Shown: one piece after another, positions 9,049 to 17,182 of the stretch | Layout of the letters: each line of letters begins with the position of its first letter | Position numbering within the stretch: position 1 is the first letter of the stretch | Position numbers and translations under genes: made by a program | Notes under the pieces: model-generated | Databases searched by the model: none | What the model was told of the DNA's origin: nothing | Seen by the model: the letters and a program-made list of their open reading frames with translations, nothing else | Origin: a virus | Lineage: Duplodnaviria; Caudoviricetes | Length of the DNA stretch: 34,541 nucleotides | Strand: one strand, 5' to 3' | Virus record (IMG/VR): IMGVR_UViG_3300020045_005555 | Coordinates: 1 to 34,541 of that record

Positions 9049-9420
9049 ATGACAAACTTTAACGAATTAAAAGGCAAAACCATAATCTCAGCAGAAGGTC
9101 TAGCTGAAGGTTCAGACAAAGTAATTTTTGAATGCTCTGATGGTAGCAAATACAAAATGTTACATTATCAAAGCTGTTGTGAATCGGTTGATATTTACGA
9201 CATCTGCGGTGACATTGATGATATTCTAAACAGTGAAATTTTCGTAGCCGAAGAAGTTGATGGCGAAACACCAGGTGATTTTAGTGAATCTGATTATGAA
9301 TCTTACACATGGACATTTTACAAATTGGATAGTATCAAAGGCGGCATCACAATTCGATGGTTAGGTGAATCAAATGGATATTATTCAGAATCAGTGTACT
9401 TTGAGAAAATTAACACTTGA
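9049..9420 (+). CDS. Conserved phage protein
   Basis: HYQSCCESVDI.DI.GD, YTWTFYKL, IRWLGESNGYYSE motif typical of a widespread phage family. Confidence 0.8.
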   Translation: MTNFNELKGKTIISAEGLAEGSDKVIFECSDGSKYKMLHYQSCCESVDIYDICGDIDDILNSEIFVAEEVDGETPGDFSESDYESYTWTFYKLDSIKGGITIRWLGESNGYYSESVYFEKINT

Positions 9421-9445
9421 CAAACTTTAAATCCAGTGATAAAGT
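9417..9445 (+). promoter_or_regulatory. sigma70-type promoter
   Basis: TTGACA-17 nt-TAAAGT with TG extension. Confidence 0.65.
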
Positions 9446-9475
9446 ATATGTTTATTTTAACCAACAGATACTATC

Positions 9476-9604
9476 ATGGACGAAAAACAAGCTATTATCC
9501 GACGCGATCAACCCGAAGATTTCCCAGAGATTGATGATTATGATGACATTCATGACGAATTAGATTTACTCGATATTTTTGATGATGACGACGCGCCTTT
9601 TTAA
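9476..9604 (+). CDS. 42-aa highly acidic peptide ending FDDDDAPF
   Basis: Translated by hand MDEKQAIIRRDQPEDFPEIDDYDDIHDELDLLDIFDDDDAPF; first ORF after a promoter; weak RBS. Confidence 0.6.
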   Translation: MDEKQAIIRRDQPEDFPEIDDYDDIHDELDLLDIFDDDDAPF

Positions 9605-9617
9605 ATAAGAGATTTAT

Positions 9618-9701
9618 ATGATTGAAAGTTTATTAACAGCCGCAGTATTATCAACTGTGGTTACGGGATGGTTGTATTTTATTTTAAGAGGTATAGTATG
9701 A
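9618..9701 (+). CDS. 27-aa single-TM peptide
   Basis: MIESLLTAAVLSTVVTGWLYFILRGIV; ATGA overlap with next ORF. Confidence 0.5.
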   Translation: MIESLLTAAVLSTVVTGWLYFILRGIV

Positions 9702-9841
9702 AAAATGGTCTTAGAGATTTGCCCAACGTAGAGCTAACAGCTTATTATTTGTGGGAGTCCGGTAATTCGGATGATGCTATTACTAATTGGTTGGATGCGG
9801 AGAAAAGTATTTTAGTAAATAAACTTGTTGACGAAACGTAG
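9698..9841 (+). CDS. DUF2934-like small protein
   Basis: AYYLWESG.....NWLDAE pattern; GAGG RBS. Confidence 0.65.
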   Translation: MKNGLRDLPNVELTAYYLWESGNSDDAITNWLDAEKSILVNKLVDET

Positions 9842-9856
9842 TACGTTGGCTATTCT
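9828..9856 (+). promoter_or_regulatory. sigma70-type promoter with palindromic spacer
   Basis: TTGACG-17 nt-TATTCT; AACGTA-G-TACGTT at 9835-9847. Confidence 0.65.
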
Positions 9857-9910
9857 ATTCGCAGGTTCACACAGTACCTATTTCAAACTGTGAATTCTTG
9901 GAGAATTAAA

Positions 9911-10900
9911 ATGTCGTTATTAGCACAAATCACAACAGCAGCAACGGAAAACGGTATCAAAGCAGTCATCTACGGTGCAACTGGTATGGGAAAAACAACA
10001 ATCGCCTGTTCTGCTCCACAGCCTTTACTTATCCCAACTGAAGGTGGTTTTACGAATGTCGATAAAACTAAAGTAGCAGTGCTACCAGAAGTCATTAGAG
10101 ATTTCGATTCATTGGTTAATGTGATTAAGGAATTAGTCACTTGTTACTCGAAAGAAAAAGGTGTAATTCTATTACCTGATGGTAGAGAAATCAAATCTAT
10201 CATTCTAGACAGTATCACAGCGACTGAGCGATTGATACACGACAAGATTATCCGTAGCGATAAAAACTGGACACCTGGTAATCCTAAAAGTGTTACGATG
10301 GAGAGTGCCGGTAATGGTTACTCAAGTGCATATAATGCGGCATCAGAAAAGATGTCTGAATTGTTACGCAGATTAGAATTCTTCTCTAACAGAGGTATTA
10401 ACGTAATTATCATTGCACATTCTATCAGCTACCTTGAGAAAGACATTGCGATGGGTGAAGAGTTTACTTACACAGACTGCTCCTTATACTCACCTAGAAA
10501 TGGTAAATTTGCTGGAGCGAGAGATTTATTACGGCAATTTGTGGATTTAACAGGTTATATGCACAGTCCATTTAACACGTTTAAAGTAGGTGATAGCAAG
10601 AACGCTATTCGTGTAGGTAATGCAATCGACGGTGTTAAATATGTGATGGGTATCAATAAAAACCCTCGTTATGAAGCTAAGAATCGTTATGACTTAGAGA
10701 ATATCACGCCTATTGTGATTCCGAAGTCTGTCGGGTGGAATGCGTTAGCTGTGCAGATTAAGAAGTATTCAGGTAAGGATTTTATTAACGGTAGCTATCC
10801 GTTGGGCGAAGAAAGCGTGGTAAATGTTGAAATTCATGAAACGATTACTGTGGTCGAAGATATTATTCCAGTAGACGCAACACCTGAATTTACGGATTGA
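9911..10900 (+). CDS. Sak4-like / AAA_24 phage ATPase (single-strand annealing)
   Basis: IYGATGMGKTT, PTEGG, IILDSIT, IIIAHS, AKNRY; next to Gp157 and SSB. Confidence 0.85.
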   Translation: MSLLAQITTAATENGIKAVIYGATGMGKTTIACSAPQPLLIPTEGGFTNVDKTKVAVLPEVIRDFDSLVNVIKELVTCYSKEKGVILLPDGREIKSIILDSITATERLIHDKIIRSDKNWTPGNPKSVTMESAGNGYSSAYNAASEKMSELLRRLEFFSNRGINVIIIAHSISYLEKDIAMGEEFTYTDCSLYSPRNGKFAGARDLLRQFVDLTGYMHSPFNTFKVGDSKNAIRVGNAIDGVKYVMGINKNPRYEAKNRYDLENITPIVIPKSVGWNALAVQIKKYSGKDFINGSYPLGEESVVNVEIHETITVVEDIIPVDATPEFTD

Positions 10901-10909
10901 ATAACCTTT

Positions 10910-10934
10910 AGCTGGGAGTAATTTCCCAGCTTTT
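10910..10934 (+). terminator. Rho-independent terminator
   Basis: AGCTGGGA-GTAATT-TCCCAGCT-TTT. Confidence 0.7.
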
Positions 10935-10954
10935 AAAACTTTGGGAGAATAACC

Positions 10955-11122
10955 ATGACAAAACAAGAACTAATCAAAACACTACAGACATTAGATTGTC
11001 CTGACGATACAACTATCGAATTGTGGAACTCTGGTTATTATGGTGATTCATTCACCAGTTTAAACGATGTTGAACTCGTTAGATATGAAGATGATTCAAT
11101 CGTGATTCAGTTATCTTATTAG
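10955..11122 (+). CDS. Small hypothetical protein (55 aa)
   Basis: TTGGGAG RBS; MTKQELIKTLQTLDCPDD... Confidence 0.7.
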   Translation: MTKQELIKTLQTLDCPDDTTIELWNSGYYGDSFTSLNDVELVRYEDDSIVIQLSY

Positions 11123-11131
11123 GAGCAATCT

Positions 11132-11644
11132 ATGACACGCCCACTATACGAAATATCACAAGAATACCGTCACGCATTTGATGACATAACTAATTTATTA
11201 GAAGATGTTGACATTAGCAATAAAGACGATATAATTAGTAACAGCTTGGTACACATCGAGCAAGAATTTGATAATAAGGCTTTGAATGTAGCACGATACG
11301 TTGCTAATTTAGAGCATGAGCTTCACGGAGTTAAAGAAGCCGCCAAACGGTTGCAAGTACGCGCTAAAACAACCGAGAATAAGATTGACAGATTGCGCGA
11401 GTATCTTTTAACTGAGATGCGAAACTTAGATAAAAAAAGCATTAAATCGGATGAAATAGTGTTGACACTAAGAAAGAATCCTGATAAAGTGCTTATAACA
11501 GATGAAGTTTCACTACCTGAGAAGTTTAAATTTACAGTTAGCGAAATAAAGATTGACAAGAAGCTAATAGCTGATACAATCAAGTCTGGTAAATCAGTTG
11601 AAGGTGCTGAATTAACATCTTCGCAACGCTTGGAAATTAAGTAG
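11132..11644 (+). CDS. Siphovirus Gp157 family protein
   Basis: LYEIS..Y, K..N.A.Y..NL, EAAKRL..R, LREYL..M, LRKNP, IDKK.I...IKSG..VEGAEL....LEIK. Confidence 0.88.
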   Translation: MTRPLYEISQEYRHAFDDITNLLEDVDISNKDDIISNSLVHIEQEFDNKALNVARYVANLEHELHGVKEAAKRLQVRAKTTENKIDRLREYLLTEMRNLDKKSIKSDEIVLTLRKNPDKVLITDEVSLPEKFKFTVSEIKIDKKLIADTIKSGKSVEGAELTSSQRLEIK

Positions 11645-11722
11645 CTCTGTAAAGAGTAGAATAAACAAATCTGCTAGGTGATATTACTTAGCAGAAACTA
11701 ACTAAATTAAAGGAAACAAATC

Positions 11723-12265
11723 ATGTCATTTTTAAATAAAGATTTTTCAAAAGTAGAAGAAGCAGGTAGCTCAAACCGTTTAAACTTAGGTTGGTTTAAA
11801 GTTGTTGTTACTGGTATTGATGATAAAAAAACAAAAGCTGGTAACGAATACCCTGAGTTTTCATTTGAAGGTAACGAAGGTGTTTACAAATCTAAAGTAA
11901 TGACTACTCGTATGTTACTGTGCAACGTGAATCATCCTACATCAGAGCCAGCTCGAAACATTGCGAATGGTCAATTGAAAGCTATTTTAGGTGCATTAAA
12001 CGTACTGGATGCTAATGGTATCTGTACTTTGTCATCGTACAATGACGCTAAAGGTCGTCCGTTCTGGTTGCGTACTGATGTTGATGCTAATGGATACATC
12101 GTAGCAGCAGAGTTTAAACCATTAACATTCGTACCACCTTACGTTGGCTCTGCTGAAGTACAACCACCACCTCCTGTTAGACATACTGATAACCAACCTA
12201 CACCAGTATCGGTGTCACAGGTAGCTGGTGCAACAGCAGATTATGCTGACGACATTCCTTTTTAA
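11723..12265 (+). CDS. Single-stranded DNA-binding protein (DUF669-like)
   Basis: GWFKVVV...KKTKAGNEY; Pro/Gln-rich linker; C-terminal ADDIPF; in Sak4 module. Confidence 0.75.
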   Translation: MSFLNKDFSKVEEAGSSNRLNLGWFKVVVTGIDDKKTKAGNEYPEFSFEGNEGVYKSKVMTTRMLLCNVNHPTSEPARNIANGQLKAILGALNVLDANGICTLSSYNDAKGRPFWLRTDVDANGYIVAAEFKPLTFVPPYVGSAEVQPPPPVRHTDNQPTPVSVSQVAGATADYADDIPF

Positions 12266-12398
12266 AAAGTTCTAGTTCTCCAAGCCAGAAACCCGCTTTG
12301 CCGACGGACTGAATATCGGCTAACTTATTTCAACTTATGTGCCGGCGGATTCGTAGATGTTGTTTATCTCCCCGCTGGACTTTTTAAAGGAAACAAAA

Positions 12399-12581
12399 AT
12401 GACTGAAGTAGTAAATTTTAAAAATGGAGATGTGGTTCAATTAAAATCAGGAAGTCCTACGATGACTATTGATACAGCTTTAACAAGTGGAACTGTAAGA
12501 TGTAAATGGTTTGCTGGGAACGATGTGAAGGTAGAAGACTTCCATGAAGAATCGCTAATCTTAGCTGAATTTAATAACTAA
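12399..12581 (+). CDS. YodC/DUF2158 family protein
   Basis: FK.GDVVQLKSGSP.MTI...CKWF......F.EESL. Confidence 0.85.
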   Translation: MTEVVNFKNGDVVQLKSGSPTMTIDTALTSGTVRCKWFAGNDVKVEDFHEESLILAEFNN

Positions 12582-12592
12582 AAGGAAACATA

Positions 12593-12865
12593 ATGCACAA
12601 CAATCAAGATTTAATCGTAGCGACCGGTGAAACCATCTCTAATACTACGAAATTAGAATTAACAAAAGCTGACTTAACAAGAGTTGTAAATGCTGTAGTA
12701 ACTAACATCACGCAGTTAGCTTATAACGGAGGTATTCGTATCTCAGGTTTAGGTAGCTTCAGAATGAAACGTCAAGCTGCTCGAAAAGGTAACGGCTTCG
12801 GTACAGAGTGGGTGAGTGAAGAAAAGGATGTGTTGCGGTTTAAGGCTGGTAGGCGTAAGATTTAA
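12593..12865 (+). CDS. HU/IHF-like DNA-binding protein
   Basis: IRISGLGSF....AARKG ... VLRFKAG. Confidence 0.85.
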   Translation: MHNNQDLIVATGETISNTTKLELTKADLTRVVNAVVTNITQLAYNGGIRISGLGSFRMKRQAARKGNGFGTEWVSEEKDVLRFKAGRRKI

Positions 12866-12870
12866 AGTAC

Positions 12871-13225
12871 TGTAAGGAGTAGCTCTAGCTTGACGAGTCT
12901 AAATTCAAGCACACTCCTTCACATTGTGGAAGTAAAACTCGATGTTAATTCTCTCAACTGTGAGTAATAACAGTTATCTAATTGCATAAACACTCCCAAG
13001 CTGTGCTTCAGAGGCTTAAATCGGAAGGTTATCAAATAAACCAGTTTAGTGAATTATAGCTTTAAGTACGGTAAGTTTTTCATCACAAACTAGACTTGTT
13101 TATTGATAACACCAACTCTGAAACCATACTCGGACATTAGTTTAATAGGTTTTAACTAATGGCTTAATATGCGCGGATAAACAGAAGTCTCCTATTACTT
13201 TTCTATGCGGAGTGGTTGTTATCAC
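12871..13225 (+). ncRNA. Candidate structured non-coding RNA
   Basis: Intergenic gap with no long ORF and multiple nested helices (see findings). Confidence 0.45.
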
Positions 13226-13232
13226 AAAATAT

Positions 13233-13308
13233 GCGACAATAGCTTAACGGTAAAAGCGTCCGTCTCATAAACGGTTGATTATGGGTTCAAATCCCGTTTG
13301 TCGCACCA
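13233..13308 (+). tRNA. tRNA with CAT anticodon (Met or Ile2)
   Basis: GCGACAA/TTGTCGC acceptor, GCTT/AAGC D arm, CTCATAA loop, GGTTCAAATCC T arm, encoded CCA; 76 nt. Confidence 0.93.
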
Positions 13309-13332
13309 ATCACAAACTCAGGAGAAACAAAC

Positions 13333-13428
13333 ATGGCTGATTTCACACTAGGAATGATTGTTGGTATTGCAATCATATCTGTTGGTTTTATATGCGGTTA
13401 TTGGGTTAAGCAGGGTGAATTAAAATGA
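13333..13428 (+). CDS. 31-aa single-TM peptide
   Basis: CAGGAG RBS; MADFTLGMIVGIAIISVGFICGYWVKQGELK. Confidence 0.6.
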   Translation: MADFTLGMIVGIAIISVGFICGYWVKQGELK

Positions 13429-13799
13429 ATTTCCTAAACAGTATATTTAAACGTAATGCTGTATTACCTAATGCTAAATATCTATCATCGCTTAACTTAG
13501 ACGAGGATAAAACTATAGACAAATCTGTTAATCGTGTTATTAGACATTTAGCTAATGCGATTATTGAATCCAGTCGATTCTTTAAGACACAGCACGATGT
13601 TAAAGTTATTTTTAATTGCGGATATGATGAATCTAACTGGGTAGGTGGGAGTAATTATTATATTCCTATCAAAATGCACTTGAATGAGGTTGATTTTGAA
13701 GCTAGAATTATTGTGGAATTGACTAACAAGGGTTATGCGATTTCTAATCGTGAATATAAAGAAGACACAAGAGTTTTGTATTTCAGTGTAAATTGGTAG
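13425..13799 (+). CDS. Hypothetical protein
   Basis: 124-aa ORF; resembles C-terminus of 15786-16556. Confidence 0.7.
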   Translation: MNFLNSIFKRNAVLPNAKYLSSLNLDEDKTIDKSVNRVIRHLANAIIESSRFFKTQHDVKVIFNCGYDESNWVGGSNYYIPIKMHLNEVDFEARIIVELTNKGYAISNREYKEDTRVLYFSVNW

Positions 13800-13808
13800 G
13801 AGATTAAA

Positions 13809-14003
13809 ATGAGTAAAGGTTACGATATTAAACATTCAATTATTCAGGTATGTAAACAACATGGTCAAGGATTGCAAATGGCTATTGAATTAAACATTGA
13901 AATAATGAGTGACTTAAATTGGATAGATTATGGCGATATAGATGCTCAAGTAGCTGAAAATAATAAGGTGATTGAAATGTGGATGGCTTATGACAAGAAC
14001 TGA
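13809..14003 (+). CDS. Hypothetical protein
   Basis: TAGGAG RBS. Confidence 0.65.
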   Translation: MSKGYDIKHSIIQVCKQHGQGLQMAIELNIEIMSDLNWIDYGDIDAQVAENNKVIEMWMAYDKN

Positions 14004-14205
14004 AATTAAAAATAACATCCAGAAACTTCGTAAAAGTATTATCACTAGACGAATTCCTAAATCGCAGTTATACTATCAATTCTATGAACTACAGCAGTTT
14101 GTAAAGACAACTGATGATAACGAAAATGATGGTGGCGAATTTGCTAGAGAAAGGTTGCGTAGACTTATGGAAGAATTGATGTTAAGAACTGATTTACCTG
14201 ATTAA
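13990..14205 (+). CDS. Hypothetical protein
   Basis: ORF tiling the operon; ATG 13990. Confidence 0.6.
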   Translation: MTRTEIKNNIQKLRKSIITRRIPKSQLYYQFYELQQFVKTTDDNENDGGEFARERLRRLMEELMLRTDLPD

Positions 14206-14220
14206 ACTTGGAGAATTAAA

Positions 14221-14424
14221 ATGAATTTAGCTACCGATTTGAATTTAAAGAACATTAACCTTGCTGAAGTAATTGCTGACATGAAAACGTGTTTAAATCA
14301 TATTGATTGCGCTGAAACTAATGGACATATTAGTTACAATGCGTGGTTAATAGTCAGTACACTTATCTCACAAGAGATTGAAAGTGTACAACGTAGGAAT
14401 CGCTATAATATACAGGGTGAATGA
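14221..14424 (+). CDS. Hypothetical protein
   Basis: AAACTTGGAGAATTAAAATG start signal. Confidence 0.7.
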   Translation: MNLATDLNLKNINLAEVIADMKTCLNHIDCAETNGHISYNAWLIVSTLISQEIESVQRRNRYNIQGE

Positions 14425-14780
14425 ATATGAATAACACAAATGAAAATCTAGGCTGGTTGATTGCATCATCACTGCAAAAAGGTACTGGATTAGCTTTGTC
14501 ACAAGAAAATAGACTTCTTAGAGCAGCTCTATCTGAGAGAATTGTAGAACTTAATGAAAAAGATGCTTTGATTGATGATTTATACAATTCATTATCAGAC
14601 AGAGATTCCACTATCGAAGATGCTGACAACGGTTGCGAACTAGCCGCGATTAAGATTGACAAACTCACTGATTGTGTGCAAAGATTAGTTTCACTTATTG
14701 AGCATGAAATGCAAGGATTTGACTATCCTTATGAACATAAAGTTGCTATAATTGAACATGCTAAGAATGTGATTGTTTGA
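14421..14780 (+). CDS. Hypothetical coiled-coil protein
   Basis: ATGA overlap; heptad pattern. Confidence 0.65.
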   Translation: MNMNNTNENLGWLIASSLQKGTGLALSQENRLLRAALSERIVELNEKDALIDDLYNSLSDRDSTIEDADNGCELAAIKIDKLTDCVQRLVSLIEHEMQGFDYPYEHKVAIIEHAKNVIV

Positions 14781-14790
14781 GGAGAATGTG

Positions 14791-15156
14791 ATGAAAACAT
14801 ATAAACAGTTTAAAAGTGGTAAATCTAAACAAAGTGTGGATGTCGGCGAATATATTGAATATCCATTCTATAGTGGTAAACTATCTGACTGGTTTAAATA
14901 CATTGCTGAATTTATTGCTAATCATGGAGAGCAATCGGTTTTATCATATTGGTCAGATGAAGGTGGTGGTTTTCATGCTGAATACAATTCATTTCGATTG
15001 GAATCAGATAGAGAATTTGAAGTCAGGTGTAGAAATGAATATGCGACATATCGGTTCAAGTTAGCAGAAGAACTGGAAGATTTAGAAGAAAATAGAATCT
15101 CTAAAGAGATTGAAATTAACAAATTAAAAGCGCGTTTGCGTGAACTAGGAGAATAA
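14791..15156 (+). CDS. Hypothetical protein
   Basis: GAGGAG RBS; RLESDREF..R pattern. Confidence 0.7.
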   Translation: MKTYKQFKSGKSKQSVDVGEYIEYPFYSGKLSDWFKYIAEFIANHGEQSVLSYWSDEGGGFHAEYNSFRLESDREFEVRCRNEYATYRFKLAEELEDLEENRISKEIEINKLKARLRELGE

Positions 15157-15157
15157 A

Positions 15158-15370
15158 ATGAAATTAACAGAATATCAAGTGGCTAAAATGTTATCTATTG
15201 TAGAAGGTTTCGAATTTTACGCTGATGAATCTGACTTAGAAATGTCAATCAGCGAACGCGATAACTGGGAATGCGGCGATGTGATTGATGTGTTTACGAA
15301 GTACCTAAATGAGTTTATTGAATTAGGGTTTATTGTGGTTGAACATGAAGAACTGGAGTTATTGAAATGA
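15158..15370 (+). CDS. Acidic hypothetical protein
   Basis: TAGGAG RBS; 70 aa, D/E rich. Confidence 0.7.
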   Translation: MKLTEYQVAKMLSIVEGFEFYADESDLEMSISERDNWECGDVIDVFTKYLNEFIELGFIVVEHEELELLK

Positions 15371-15531
15371 ACGAATTAAAAATTGGCAGCAAATGGGGTA
15401 TTTATGGGCTTGAATTTATTATTAAGTCTATTGATGGAAAGATAGTTACTTATGAAGGTAGCAATTCGAAAGTTGAATGTAAAGAGTCGGTCGATTATGT
15501 ATTATCTAATATGTATTATTTAGGAGAATAA
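15367..15531 (+). CDS. Small hypothetical protein (54 aa)
   Basis: CTGGAG RBS; MNELKIGSKWGIYG... Confidence 0.65.
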   Translation: MNELKIGSKWGIYGLEFIIKSIDGKIVTYEGSNSKVECKESVDYVLSNMYYLGE

Positions 15532-15532
15532 A

Positions 15533-15784
15533 ATGAACGAATTAAAATTGTTAGAGTTGTTTAAAGATGAAGAAATTTTTTCAACAAGTAAAATTCCATT
15601 TGGAGGTAGCTTATATCAAGTGACTGATAATTTTGTATTTTTATTTGAATACGATAGAATATCATCGTTCACAGTGGATGATTTAGGTATTATTGCTAAC
15701 TCTACAAGAGGCGGTGGTTATCGATTAGGTACTTGTGAAGGTGAATTGAGAATGGTAACACAAACTACTTTGGTTGAGGTGTGA
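15533..15784 (+). CDS. Hypothetical protein
   Basis: TAGGAG RBS. Confidence 0.7.
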   Translation: MNELKLLELFKDEEIFSTSKIPFGGSLYQVTDNFVFLFEYDRISSFTVDDLGIIANSTRGGGYRLGTCEGELRMVTQTTLVEV

Positions 15785-15785
15785 G

Positions 15786-16556
15786 ATGAACAACAATAAA
15801 GAATTAGTAAATTTGGTGACTGATTTAGTTGATGCGGTGACGTTTGACGCAGATAAAGTTGTAATCAATGGTATTGACTGCTATAAAACAATTGTGCCAA
15901 TTTGTTATATTGATGCTGTAGGAAGCGCGTTAATAGAATTTAAGAAATATGAAGATTATTTAAAAGGTACAGCTGTTGGTTTTACAAAATCACAATCTGG
16001 TAGCAAATGTTATACAACAACTGAATGTAAAACTAAGTTGCCTGAAGGAGTTGTTAAAGCAGGTTATTTTGAAAAGTCCCCGCAAGGAGGAATTCAATAT
16101 GCGCCCAGTGTTTCACAAAGTAACCTTGATATTAGAAAATTAGCAGATTATTTATCTAAGAGTGGGTTATGTGCTTTCGAGTATGCTGAGGAATTATTAG
16201 ATGATTATTTTAGTAATCCAAACAACTTCCCAAAATCACAAGGTACAACAACCACAGAATCGCAATTCAACTCAGCAGCAGAAACTCGTGAATGTATGCA
16301 CAGGTATGCTGAAATAAGAAATCGTGAGATGAATTCTATCTTAGAGAAATTATCAGCTACAGTTAATGTAATGATTACAGAATCTTCTATGATGGGTAAT
16401 AAGGGTGTCTCAATTACTTATGCTGACCATTTAAGTCAATTCTTTCCTAAACCAAAATTAGAATATGTTTTCACAGCATTAGCGAAAGAATTAACTTCTG
16501 TAGGTTATGACGTTGAATTCAACTTACCTTGTCAAATAATTCACATTAGATGGTGA
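15786..16556 (+). CDS. Hypothetical multi-domain protein
   Basis: GAGGTG RBS; 256 aa. Confidence 0.75.
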   Translation: MNNNKELVNLVTDLVDAVTFDADKVVINGIDCYKTIVPICYIDAVGSALIEFKKYEDYLKGTAVGFTKSQSGSKCYTTTECKTKLPEGVVKAGYFEKSPQGGIQYAPSVSQSNLDIRKLADYLSKSGLCAFEYAEELLDDYFSNPNNFPKSQGTTTTESQFNSAAETRECMHRYAEIRNREMNSILEKLSATVNVMITESSMMGNKGVSITYADHLSQFFPKPKLEYVFTALAKELTSVGYDVEFNLPCQIIHIRW

Positions 16557-16592
16557 TTGACAATGCGGGTAAATAATATATACTTACCCGCA
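16557..16592 (+). promoter_or_regulatory. sigma70-type promoter overlapped by inverted repeat
   Basis: TTGACA-16 nt-TATACT; TGCGGGTAA/TTACCCGCA arms. Confidence 0.6.
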
Positions 16593-16625
16593 GCAACTTT
16601 TAAATAATACTTGGAGAAAACTAAA

Positions 16626-16814
16626 ATGTCACAAAAACTATATTTAACACCGTTTACTGTTATGTTACTTATTTTAATCATCAATATCTCAGCATGGCTA
16701 ACACACGTCGTAACCTGCATTCAAACGGAGCAATGGTTGTTTTTACTAGCGGGTGCAATTATGTTTCCTATTGGCATCTTGCATGGCATTGGTTTGTGGT
16801 TTGGGGTGTTTTGA
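16626..16814 (+). CDS. Phage membrane protein
   Basis: CTTGGAG RBS; AWLTHVVTCI...AGAIMFPIGILHGIGLWFG. Confidence 0.75.
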   Translation: MSQKLYLTPFTVMLLILIINISAWLTHVVTCIQTEQWLFLLAGAIMFPIGILHGIGLWFGVF

Positions 16815-17098
16815 TGGATTATTTTAAACCTAATTTCCCAGAGCCTATCGATGGTGTCTCTGAAAAAACTCGTAGCATGGCTAATGTTAGCGATATTTAT
16901 AAGCATACGGGTGGGAACTGGCAGTCTATGTTAGCAATAATGGACGCTATTGATGAATGTTTGCAAAAGATGGTTTATGCTAGGAATAAAGGTAAAGATT
17001 TTATTCATATCGCAGGCATGACTACTTATCACCCACCCTACCCGAAAGATTTAAAAATAATGAGTGGTGATTTCGGGCAAATTATTGGAGCAGCATGA
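16814..17098 (+). CDS. Hypothetical protein
   Basis: TGATG overlap; MDYFKPNFPEP... Confidence 0.6.
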   Translation: MDYFKPNFPEPIDGVSEKTRSMANVSDIYKHTGGNWQSMLAIMDAIDECLQKMVYARNKGKDFIHIAGMTTYHPPYPKDLKIMSGDFGQIIGAA

Positions 17099-17182
17099 TG
17101 AAAACTAAACTGATAGAGTTGTTTGTTGCGTTAATAATCTCTGCTATAATTGTAAAAATTTCATATCTAATTGGGTAATAAA

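Noticed and set aside
12871-13225. Group I intron, RNase P RNA, tmRNA or retron msr-msd
   Set aside because: Only fragmentary resemblances (AATTGCATAAAC, TCAGAGGCT, ACAGAAG) in the wrong order or without partners; no tRNA-like ends, no interrupted gene, no reverse transcriptase in the window
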